Assembly: GCA_958296235.1 (NCBI GenBank)
Contig: OY282457.1
Coordinates: 4,545,684-4,609,683 of the forward strand
DNA: 64,000 nt
Source: an uncultured Candidatus Binatia bacterium
Lineage (GTDB): Bacteria > Desulfobacterota > Binatia > Bin18
Direction of reading: 5' to 3'
Positions 19,375 through 27,745 of the stretch are shown here, piece after piece (position 1 is the stretch's first letter; every line of letters begins with the position of its first letter). Under the pieces are notes generated by a model. That model searched no databases. It was not told where the DNA came from and saw only the letters and a program-made list of their open reading frames with translations. Both the position numbers and the translations under genes were made by a program.

Positions 19375-22300
19375 TCAGGCCGCCACCGCGGTTTCGTAAT
19401 AGGGCGAGGGGAGCGTTGGGTAGACTTGGAAGACGTGGCGGAACACCTCAGCCGAGCGCTCTGCTATTTCCGTATCCGTGTAGCTCTGCGGTAGGCCGAT
19501 CTTGTCACTATAGAGAAAATCATGGATGGCAACCCGCACTGCGTCGCAGGTCGCCTGTTTGGCGTGCCACTGATCGACGCGCAGTTTCCCGGCCTTGAGC
19601 GTGGCGAGCAACTCGGCGGCAACGGCCTTAATGCGCCGGATGTCGGCTTTGCTCAGCTGCGGTTTCCTGAGAAGGTCAAAGACAGCCAACGACTCTTCAT
19701 CAAGGTCCTCACGGGCCGCCCGGCTCTGTTCTGCGCCCAACTCTTGCGCCAGCTTGAGCAGCGCCTCAAAGGTCTGCTCAAGCGTTACGCGATCCTTCTC
19801 TCGGTTGTATTGCGCAACAATCTCTTCATAGTGTTGCTGAAAATCGATCCGCAGCGGGTTCTGTTGCAGTAAACGCCGGAGCCGGTTTTCCACGCTGTGA
19901 CGCAGGTTCTGGACGATGGTATTCTTGGTCGGGCTGCGCTCAAACTCGTGTTTCAGCCGCTCGAAATCAATCCGGCTGATGTCGTAGGGCCGCTGTTTTT
20001 CTGTCACGGAGTCGGGCCGGACCTCAATGGCCTCATCCACCACTTGGTGGAGCGTGCGGATGATGGCGCTGATGTTCGCCCGCTCTCGGTCCTGTTGCAG
20101 GCGCTTGTAGATAATGTTGATAGCATCACGCTCGGCGCGGTAGATATTCACGCCCGCCACAGTCAGGCAGGACCGGAACTTCTTGAACACCGCGCCGCAC
20201 AGCAGCTCCAAGCGCTTGCGGGTTTCGTCGTTCTCATTGGCGGCTTCCTTGCACGCGACAATAGCGGCGTTGCGCTCGAAACCGGACGTTCGGATCACGG
20301 CGTCCAGTGACGCGCCACGCTCGTTGAGAAAGGTCCGTACCAGGGCAATCGCTTCGGCCAGGTCAGCCAGCATCTCTGTATTGGGTCTGGCCGGGTCGAT
20401 CTCGCCGCCGTCCGGCTGGGTAGCGGCAAACGTCGCCAGCGCCGGGCGCAGGTGCTTGAGGACGCCGCAATAGTCCACGATCAGGCCATTGTTCTTACCC
20501 TCGTTGACCCGGTTGGCGCGGGCAATGGCCTGCATCAGGGTGTGGGCTTTGAGCGGTTTGTCGAGATACAGCGTGGACAGGCTCGGTACGTCAAAGCCGG
20601 TCAACCACATGGCGCACACAATGGCGATGCGGAAGGGATGCTCTTCTGCTTTGAAGGCTTCGTCCAGCGCCATGCGCTGCATAGCGCGGAAACGTGGCTG
20701 GCTGCGCATGGCGGCCGGCAGCTCCATGCCTTCCTTGATGAGACGACGGTGTGGGGTAATGTCCAGCTCCCATTGGCGAAACTTCTCTACTTCGCCCTGC
20801 TCCTCGCTCACCACTACCGCAGCGCGAGTCTCGCGCATCCAGTTGATTTGCCGTTGTCTATCAATTCTCTTCTGCTCGTCGGAGACCTCCGACATTTCCG
20901 CAGTCAATTCCTTAATGCGCTCTTGCCAGTAGAACTCGATCAGCCGGTGCATCCGCACGCAGGTGACTTTATCAATACACACCAGCATGGCCTTGCCCGT
21001 CTCCCAGGCCGCCAGGTAGTGCTGCACGAAGTCCCGCGCCACCTGGTCGAGGCGTTTATGGGCGGTGATGATGTGATAGTCGCGCTTCAGTTCCCGTTCC
21101 AGCCGCTGCTGTGTGTCGATGTTGTCAATTTCCAGTTCATCCAGCTTGGCGGCGATCCGCTCGTTCAGGTCGCCAATGGCCACGCCCAGGGTATTGCCGC
21201 GGGCGTCGTAATAGAGCGGCACGGTCGCCTGGTCCTCCACTGCCCGCTGAAAATCGTAGGTTGACACGTAGTTGCCAAAGACCTGCCGCGTGATTTCGTC
21301 ATCCTTGAACAGTGGCGTGCCGGTGAAGCCGATATAGCTGGCGTTCGGCAGGGCATTCCGCAGGTTGAGCGCCAACGTGCCATACTGCGTGCGGTGGGCC
21401 TCGTCGGTAATGACGATGATGTCATCGCGTTCGGTATAGCTCTTGCCCTGACCTGCATCCCGATTGAACTTCTGGATCAGCGAGAAGACGTATGCCTTAT
21501 GCTGGGCTAACAATTGGCGCAAATCCTCACCGCTGGCGGCCCGGCAGGGGTCTTTATCGTGGTCCACAACCCCACAGCCGGCAAAGGTCTTGTAAATCTG
21601 GGTGTCGAGATCATCACGGTCGGTCAACACCAGAAAGGTGAAGTTGCCGCCGAGTTTACGGTGCACCTTACGGGCAAACAGCACCATTGAGTAGCTCTTG
21701 CCGGCTCCCTGAGTATGCCAGAAGACACCCAGCCGGCCTTGGCGCGCCTCACGTTCACGCACTGCCCGAATCGCACGGTTGACGCCCAGGACCTGGTGAT
21801 TGCGGGCCAGGATTTTCTTTGGCTCGCCCGAGGATTCGTCAAAGAGAATGAAATTCTCTACCAGGTCCATGAAGTTCTGCTTGTCACAGACGCCCTTGAG
21901 CAGCGTCTCCATGTCCACCACGCCGGGTTCTGCCTCGTCGAGCCGTTTCCACTCGTGGAAGTGCTCCCATTTGCTGGTAATGGAACCGAGCTTCGCCTTC
22001 TCGCCATTGCCGAACAGGACAACGGCGTTGTGGTGGAACAGATGTGGAATAGTGTCACGGTAGTCGGAATAGTTTCGCTCGAACGCCGCCTGAAGGTTGC
22101 GGTGAATGTTCTTGCACTCGATAAACAGCAGCGGCAATCCATTGACAAAGCCAATAATGTCGGCCCGCCGGCGATACAGGTCGCCTCGCACCCACAGCTC
22201 ACGTACGCACAGAAAATGGTTGTTCGTTGGCTCGTCAAAGTCGAACACCCGCAGGCGTTCCCGTACTAACTCGCCTGTATCGTTGCGAAAGGAGACCTGC

Positions 22301-22611
22301 ACGCCGTCACGGATACGGGCGTATTGCGCGCGGTTCGCGGCCACCAGGGTGTGTGAGGTCACGCTGGCGGTGAGCTGGCGAACGGCCTCAGCGTAGGCGG
22401 CCTCGGGCAGACCCGGATTCAGCGCGCTCAGGCTCTCGCGCAGTGGGCGGGTCAGCACCACCTCGCGGTCGGAGGCGCGGCCCAGCAGGCTGTCCGGTCC
22501 GAAGTGCTCGCGGTTGTGGGCATAGACCGATTCCCAGCCGAGCCGGTGTTCCAAATACTCCGCGGTCGTTTGCTGCACAAGCGTGTCTTCGGTGTAAGGA
22601 GATGGGGGCAT
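19375..22611 (-). CDS. hsdR: Type I restriction endonuclease subunit R
   Basis: DIIGFVNGLPLLFIECK nuclease motif, WHTQGAGKS, DEAHR, FTGTP, QAIARANR. Confidence 0.96.
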   Translation of the reverse strand: MPPSPYTEDTLVQQTTAEYLEHRLGWESVYAHNREHFGPDSLLGRASDREVVLTRPLRESLSALNPGLPEAAYAEAVRQLTASVTSHTLVAANRAQYARIRDGVQVSFRNDTGELVRERLRVFDFDEPTNNHFLCVRELWVRGDLYRRRADIIGFVNGLPLLFIECKNIHRNLQAAFERNYSDYRDTIPHLFHHNAVVLFGNGEKAKLGSITSKWEHFHEWKRLDEAEPGVVDMETLLKGVCDKQNFMDLVENFILFDESSGEPKKILARNHQVLGVNRAIRAVREREARQGRLGVFWHTQGAGKSYSMVLFARKVHRKLGGNFTFLVLTDRDDLDTQIYKTFAGCGVVDHDKDPCRAASGEDLRQLLAQHKAYVFSLIQKFNRDAGQGKSYTERDDIIVITDEAHRTQYGTLALNLRNALPNASYIGFTGTPLFKDDEITRQVFGNYVSTYDFQRAVEDQATVPLYYDARGNTLGVAIGDLNERIAAKLDELEIDNIDTQQRLERELKRDYHIITAHKRLDQVARDFVQHYLAAWETGKAMLVCIDKVTCVRMHRLIEFYWQERIKELTAEMSEVSDEQKRIDRQRQINWMRETRAAVVVSEEQGEVEKFRQWELDITPHRRLIKEGMELPAAMRSQPRFRAMQRMALDEAFKAEEHPFRIAIVCAMWLTGFDVPSLSTLYLDKPLKAHTLMQAIARANRVNEGKNNGLIVDYCGVLKHLRPALATFAATQPDGGEIDPARPNTEMLADLAEAIALVRTFLNERGASLDAVIRTSGFERNAAIVACKEAANENDETRKRLELLCGAVFKKFRSCLTVAGVNIYRAERDAINIIYKRLQQDRERANISAIIRTLHQVVDEAIEVRPDSVTEKQRPYDISRIDFERLKHEFERSPTKNTIVQNLRHSVENRLRRLLQQNPLRIDFQQHYEEIVAQYNREKDRVTLEQTFEALLKLAQELGAEQSRAAREDLDEESLAVFDLLRKPQLSKADIRRIKAVAAELLATLKAGKLRVDQWHAKQATCDAVRVAIHDFLYSDKIGLPQSYTDTEIAERSAEVFRHVFQVYPTLPSPYYETAVAA

Positions 22612-22657
22612 AGGTATTGGTAAGGTTTTGAGACGAGGCAGGATTCAGGTCAAGGGA

Positions 22658-24100
22658 TCATGTGGGGCGTCGGCGTGGGATGGGTTGCAGTTGCGGCTCG
22701 CTTCCACCAAGCTCCGCCAAGCGCCTCCGCTCTCCTTCCTCCAGTTGGGCTAACAGGTCTCTGCCTCTGGCAGCCAGCCGATATTTCTGCTTGCTACTTG
22801 TGGGCCTGTCGGGAATGGTCATTTCTAACCACCCTGCCTCCAGGAGTGGCTTGAGCACTTGGTTCCTGAACTTGGTGCGATTACTTCGGCCAGAGACCTG
22901 CATAATATCCGAAATTGTCTTCTCTGACAGGCAGTTCCGAAGAATGACGACTTGGTCCCGACTTGGTCCCGACTTGGTCCCGACTTGGTCGACCGGACGC
23001 CTGAATACGGTAGTGACCCACGAATCGGATACCTTGATGACCGGTTCCGCCACTCCGTGTTCTTGGCACAGGCCCCGAATACGCCGAATGCCCGAGCCGA
23101 TTTTCTCCACCGCCTCCATCCTGTGCAGTATCCCGAACAGCAGCGGATTGCGGGGAACACTCTTGATGCCGAGGTCGGCTTCCGTCATACCGGCCGGCAG
23201 CCCACCAGGGCTGACGATTTCAAGCCGGTCCTTGAAGATATACACCTGAACATTGGCGGTGGAACGGTAGTCACGGTGCGCCAGGGCATTGACCACTGCT
23301 TCACGGATGGCTTCCTCCGGCAGTTCGGGACGTTCCTCCCGTTTAACGTGTTTGATGATGTACTCGACATTGATCTTGGAGAGAATCCAGGCCACCACCT
23401 CATCAATCATTGAGTAGACATCGCTATGGAAATCTCGGCGGTCAAGGATACGCACCTTGTCCGTACCCATGAACAGCGCGCAGGCGACATCACCGCTGAC
23501 TCGGAACTTGCGGATATCACGGGCCAGCAGCCATGCCCCGGCGTGGGTTATATGACCAGCCGTGCCGATCAGGTGTAAGTTGCGTAGGGCGACGGCTGTA
23601 GCCATGTTGTCTGGAATCTTGGCCCGCCGACAAAAAAGTGCCCAGTGATCTTCATCCAAATCGTTTTCCAGTGAAAAGGCCGGACAGGGGGTTTCGTCGA
23701 AATAAACCAACCCTTCGGCGTAGAAAAACTCTCGAATTTCCTCGCGCGATAACTGCTGGCTGTTCGCCCCTTCGCGCATGAAAAACTTGCCGCCAAAGGA
23801 ATAAGGTTTATTGTCTTGGACGGGCATGATAACGCACAGCACGCTATCGATGGACGCTATCTCGACCTTGATCGGTGGCTCCGCTGAACGAGCGATGGCT
23901 TGGATTTGAGATTTTATCTTGTTGTGGTCCGCCACGCCGACAATCTCGCCCTTGTCCGTGACCCCAAGCAGGATGACGCCCCCGGAGGCATTGGCAAAGG
24001 CACACATCTCCCGTCCAAGGTCGGACGGTATGGAACGTTTGAACTCAGATGCGAATCCTTCGCCTTGGGCAATCAGGGTGTGAAGCTCTTGCTCGTTCAT
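22658..24100 (-). CDS. AlbA_2/Schlafen + HATPase_c_4 + wHTH protein (RecG-like ATP-binding family)
   Basis: GEGFASEFK, CAFANASGG..LLGV.D, REAVVNALAHRDY, EIVSPGGL, PRNP, EKIGSGI, MTIPDRPTSSKQKY. Confidence 0.88.
   Translation of the reverse strand: MNEQELHTLIAQGEGFASEFKRSIPSDLGREMCAFANASGGVILLGVTDKGEIVGVADHNKIKSQIQAIARSAEPPIKVEIASIDSVLCVIMPVQDNKPYSFGGKFFMREGANSQQLSREEIREFFYAEGLVYFDETPCPAFSLENDLDEDHWALFCRRAKIPDNMATAVALRNLHLIGTAGHITHAGAWLLARDIRKFRVSGDVACALFMGTDKVRILDRRDFHSDVYSMIDEVVAWILSKINVEYIIKHVKREERPELPEEAIREAVVNALAHRDYRSTANVQVYIFKDRLEIVSPGGLPAGMTEADLGIKSVPRNPLLFGILHRMEAVEKIGSGIRRIRGLCQEHGVAEPVIKVSDSWVTTVFRRPVDQVGTKSGPSRDQVVILRNCLSEKTISDIMQVSGRSNRTKFRNQVLKPLLEAGWLEMTIPDRPTSSKQKYRLAARGRDLLAQLEEGERRRLAELGGSEPQLQPIPRRRPT
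22949..22990. repeat. 11-bp tandem repeat (GACTTGGTCCC x3.8) inside the CDS
   Basis: Read directly from sequence. Confidence 0.9.
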
Positions 24101-24198
24101 GTCGGCTCGGTCCATAGTTCGCGGAGGGTACTCATTCCTCCATCTTATTGATGAATCACATGGACAGCATACCATACACCTAAAAGAGGGAGCGCAAA

Positions 24199-24444
24199 AT
24201 GTCAGAGGAATATCAGTTGCATCTCCAGATCAAGCGGCTGGAGACCGGGAAATATCTTGCAACAGCAGACGATTTCCCCGGTCTGGTGGCTCAGGGGAGG
24301 ACCGTAGCCGAAGCGGTGGAAATTTCTCAGGACGTGGCGAGAAAGCTGATCGAGTCCTATCGTGAACATGGCGACCCCCTGCCGAAGGGCTTGCGTCCTA
24401 TGAATAGGGCGGTCGTAGAGTTAGATGTCCCTGTTGGTGTCTGA
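24199..24444 (+). CDS. hicB: HicB-family antitoxin
   Basis: YLATADDFPGLVAQGRTVAEAVEISQDVARKLIESY.EHGDPLP. Confidence 0.85.
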   Translation: MSEEYQLHLQIKRLETGKYLATADDFPGLVAQGRTVAEAVEISQDVARKLIESYREHGDPLPKGLRPMNRAVVELDVPVGV

Positions 24445-24483
24445 TGGGGCGTCTGGTTGGTAGAGCCCACCACGTTTTCCCTT

Positions 24484-25734
24484 TTACATTTCCTCCAGAG
24501 TCCTAACGCTTGCGCCTACCTCCCCACGCATCAGCCGTGGCAACAACAGGTCTCGGGCTTGGGAAAGGGATATCGTTTCTTTTTCTAATACGTGTACGAG
24601 TCCACACATCGGCTCAGTCTTATCATGAAAGAGTTTCAAGACTCGTTTCGGCGGAACAAGCACGATCGCACGTTCAAAGTCATCTGGTCTTACTGCTGGG
24701 TAACTTGCTCCTGTAGTATGGTTCACTAGATGACCGACGAATTCATCGGTAGTAACGAGTAGATACAGATAGGTGAACGGAACGGCTACCGGGGAAAGAA
24801 TGGTGAAGCCAGTTGAAAAAATGTCGTCGTCTTCTGAGTTAAGAACGAGCGCGTAAGCACGTAAGTTCGGGCGGACATTCGACCAGATTGTGTCGCCAGA
24901 CTTAGCTTTCCTACGGGCACGTCCTGGAGCTTCAACGGATGGCATCATATTCTTTGTCATTATCCGCCCTTGTTTAACTGCCGATATATCAATGTAGTTG
25001 ATTTCGTCTGGTAATTCGTTTGCTTTGTAGCTTTCGACATTTGTTGCAACAATTTCACCCAACCGTTTCCTCTCCCACCCCTCCGGCACCCCATCCCTAA
25101 CCTTAACGCGCTCATGCCCAGGGAACCGCAGCCGCACGAACCATTCCTTGTAGAGCAGCCGTGCCGCCTGTTCCAGCAGTTGAATCCGCCGCCGATTGTT
25201 TTGCATAAGTTGGTCATAATTCGATAGGTAGTTACCTATTTGTCGTTGAGTGTGAATGTCAGGGACAGGAATGGTCATCTTATTTAGGTGCGAAGGTCCG
25301 AAGTTAGGCTGAGCGCCTCCAGTCACGAATTGGTGCACCTGATCTCGAAAGTCTGGAGATCTCAAGAAGGCATATAAATATTCGTCGTTAAGCCTGGTTC
25401 TATCATGACTATGAAACCGGATGACGCTTGTGTTCATCATAACCGGAAGATTTTCTTCGGTGATCCTTCCGACCTTTCCATATGTATTGCCGGAACTGGC
25501 TACAACGATATCGTTTAACTCGACGGCGAAATGCTTGTAGCGCTCTTCAAATTCTAAGAGCGATATGTATTTGTCAGTGTTCGTCGTATCGACAGTTCCG
25601 CAACCATCTCCAAGAAGATTGGTAACGTTGATGACTTTCATTCCATCGGTCGTCCATTGCCATCTGCGAAGGCCAGGGCCTTCCTGAAAGAAGGCAACCT
25701 CTTGCAACGGTCTTCTTGAAAATGATGAGATCAC
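24484..25734 (-). CDS. hsdS: Type I RM specificity subunit S
   Basis: Two lower-GC TRDs separated by conserved NRRRIQLLEQAARLLYKEWFV.LRFPGHE...VPEGW; terminal RDLLLPRLMRGE. Confidence 0.95.
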   Translation of the reverse strand: MISSFSRRPLQEVAFFQEGPGLRRWQWTTDGMKVINVTNLLGDGCGTVDTTNTDKYISLLEFEERYKHFAVELNDIVVASSGNTYGKVGRITEENLPVMMNTSVIRFHSHDRTRLNDEYLYAFLRSPDFRDQVHQFVTGGAQPNFGPSHLNKMTIPVPDIHTQRQIGNYLSNYDQLMQNNRRRIQLLEQAARLLYKEWFVRLRFPGHERVKVRDGVPEGWERKRLGEIVATNVESYKANELPDEINYIDISAVKQGRIMTKNMMPSVEAPGRARRKAKSGDTIWSNVRPNLRAYALVLNSEDDDIFSTGFTILSPVAVPFTYLYLLVTTDEFVGHLVNHTTGASYPAVRPDDFERAIVLVPPKRVLKLFHDKTEPMCGLVHVLEKETISLSQARDLLLPRLMRGEVGASVRTLEEM

Positions 25735-25809
25735 TTGAAATCCAACTCCTCAACACTCTTCACGATCATCACGAGAAAGAATAGCGAAGATCGAAGTTCT
25801 TCTTGGAGT

Positions 25810-26055
25810 TCATTTGTCCCAACTTCGTTCCCATGAAGCCCGAAGGTTGCTTTGAAATGCCACTGGATCATCAATCCCACGGAACGCCCGAATCTTGCCG
25901 ACGAGGTCTGACAGGAAATCGGCGCTTTCTGTTTTCCCTTGTTCCTGTTCTTGCAGATAAACGGCAACACGCGCTTTACGGCCAAATGCCTCGCGAAAGT
26001 CCGGCGGGAGTTTGCCATCTGTGGCGATGACTATTTCCTTCTCGATCAATTTCAT
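25810..26055 (-). CDS. Small hypothetical protein, antitoxin-like
   Basis: DGKLP N-terminus and DPVAFQSNLRASWE C-terminus resemble PIN-associated antitoxins; good SD. Confidence 0.5.
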   Translation of the reverse strand: MKLIEKEIVIATDGKLPPDFREAFGRKARVAVYLQEQEQGKTESADFLSDLVGKIRAFRGIDDPVAFQSNLRASWERSWDK

Positions 26056-26057
26056 AG

Positions 26058-26273
26058 TTACTCCCTTATCGTATTTTTCAACAACTCCCCATACATGTCC
26101 GGGTCCGGCTCAATTTCCACAACTTTTCCATCTCGCATGACCACCACGCCGGTGCCGGCCTGGTGGGCGATGAGATGGGCGCGTTGAGCAGCGCGGAAAA
26201 GAGCGGCTGGAGCCGCCTGCATGTCGGGGTCGGTCGAATTGGACACCGGGACTTTGTATTTACTTTTTTTCAC
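26058..26273 (-). CDS. Small partner protein of the zeta-like ATPase
   Basis: GTGA overlap with upstream gene; GVVVMRDGKVVEI motif typical of such partners. Confidence 0.65.
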   Translation of the reverse strand: MKKSKYKVPVSNSTDPDMQAAPAALFRAAQRAHLIAHQAGTGVVVMRDGKVVEIEPDPDMYGELLKNTIRE

Positions 26274-26794
26274 CTGTTGTTACTTCCTTCATATTCCAGA
26301 ATAGGGATGTCACCACTGTTGTTGAATTTTTGCCAATGGTCAACGCAATGACGGTACGTCTCATGAAAATTTCGCAAGCCGGCGTGAAAACGACGACGTA
26401 TGACGTTTTCAGGGATGCCGTGCCCGCCCAGGTGGATGCGCTTGGCAACCCTGGTGATCGCTTCTTCTGGTGTCGCCAGGGATAAGAATATCAATTTGAC
26501 ATTATATCCGCCCGCGCGCCACTGCTTGATTTTTTTCACATACCCGCGGCCTGCCAGCGTTGTTTCAAAGGCGAAACTCCTTCCCGCGCGAGCATGAGTG
26601 TTGATTTCTTCCAACATCAGCCGCCCGGCGCGAATGGCCGCGGTCGCGGGCCGGAAGGGTGACAGGCCCGCTGCTATCAGGTCGGCATTGACAAAAACCG
26701 GGCAATCCGCCTCGTTGGGCAGGTATTCGAGCGCAAAGGTCGTCTTGCCGGCCCCGTTTGGCCCGGCAATGATAATGACTTTTTTATCCAGCAT
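26270..26794 (-). CDS. Zeta toxin-like P-loop (AAA) protein
   Basis: IIAGPNGAGKTTFA, FVNADLIAAGLSPF, FAFETTL, RVAKR...GGH.IP. Confidence 0.88.
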   Translation of the reverse strand: MLDKKVIIIAGPNGAGKTTFALEYLPNEADCPVFVNADLIAAGLSPFRPATAAIRAGRLMLEEINTHARAGRSFAFETTLAGRGYVKKIKQWRAGGYNVKLIFLSLATPEEAITRVAKRIHLGGHGIPENVIRRRFHAGLRNFHETYRHCVDHWQKFNNSGDIPILEYEGSNNR

Positions 26795-27270
26795 TCAAAT
26801 CTGCCCATACCGCCGTCCGCGCGGGGTAGGTCGGTACTTCTGATTCCGGGCGTTGGGTGTGTCGGGGCGCATCATTTCAATATAACCGTCCTGCAATGCA
26901 GGGAGAAGATACCGCTGCCGCAGTGACTTACGGTCTTTGAGCCCGAGCGCCTGTTGAATCTCCTGTCGCGACATTTCGCCTTTCAGTATGGAGAGTAATC
27001 GCCTTACTTGGGGGCTTACTTGGGGGCTTACTTGGGGGGGTGCATGGCTTCGAGAATGGTGTCTAACTTCCAGCGCTTCAGAATCTCCGGTGTAATGGTG
27101 TAGGGTGGCTCTTCGCTCATCCCCCCATTCCTCAATTTTTCTGTTCAGATGTCTTTCTCCGTACATGTCCGGGTTCGGCTCAATTTCCACAACTTTTCCA
27201 TTCCGCATGACCACAACGCCGGCGCTGGTCTGGGGGCGCTGAGATAGGCGCGTTGAGCAGCGGGGAAAAC
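26795..27270 (-). pseudogene. Chimeric remnant: degenerate copy of the 26058-26273 gene fused to a Fic-type C-terminal wHTH
   Basis: ~27157-27270 duplicates ~26087-26200 with a frameshift; SPQV x3 12-bp repeat (27003-27038); YLLPALQDGYIEMMRPDTPNARNQKY. Confidence 0.65.
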
Positions 27271-27288
27271 GCTTCTTTCTTAACGCTT

Positions 27289-27726
27289 GATAGTGTCTCA
27301 GTTTGCATGTTCCCCCTCACCCCAACCCTCTCCCTCCAGGGGAGAGGGGGCAGATAGGCCCTCCCCCTGGAGGGAGTTGTTACAAGAGGGCGCGGAACGC
27401 CCGCCCCGTCAAAAGCGGGAGAGGGGGCAGATATTCCCTCCCCCCTGGAACGTGTGATGCAGATTACATTCCTCGGCGGCCCCCCGCTCCCCTGCGCCGG
27501 GCCTGTCTGCGACCGGGGGCCAGGAGTGCGGGCTTCCAGCCCGCAAGCGGCCAAGATGGCCGCTCTCCCAGGAAGCGGGAGGGCGAGCGGCCCGAGGCGG
27601 GGGCCGCCGGACCGGTTCCGGGAGGCTTACGCCACAATAAGCATCACACGTCTGGAGGGGGAGGGGCAGGGTGGGGGGGCGCTGAGCCAGCAGCGGGGGA
27701 GGGAGATGTGAAACTGAGACACTACC
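27289..27726. mobile_element. Non-autonomous MITE, outer element copy 2 (inverted relative to copy 1)
   Basis: TIRs GATAGTGTCTCAGTTT / AAACTGAGACACTACC; 8-bp TSD TAACGCTT/TAACGCTG (1 mismatch); subterminal arms homologous to copy 1. Confidence 0.85.
27450..27651. mobile_element. Nested inner MITE copy 2
   Basis: TIRs ACGTGTGATGCA / AGCATCACACGT; 5-bp TSD CTGGA; carries REP-like GCGGGCTTCCAGCCCGC and GCGGCCAAGATGGCCGC hairpins. Confidence 0.82.
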
Positions 27727-27745
27727 TAACGCTGTCTGTTCTTTT

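Noticed and set aside
18953-19399. ORFs over the MITE regions (also 27180-27896 and 33014-33739)
   Set aside because: Translations of GC-rich repeats with no protein-like features
19004-27726. Composite transposon or invertible hsdS shufflon bounded by the two inverted MITEs
   Set aside because: Each MITE has its own distinct TSD, indicating independent insertions; only one hsdS and no recombinase is present
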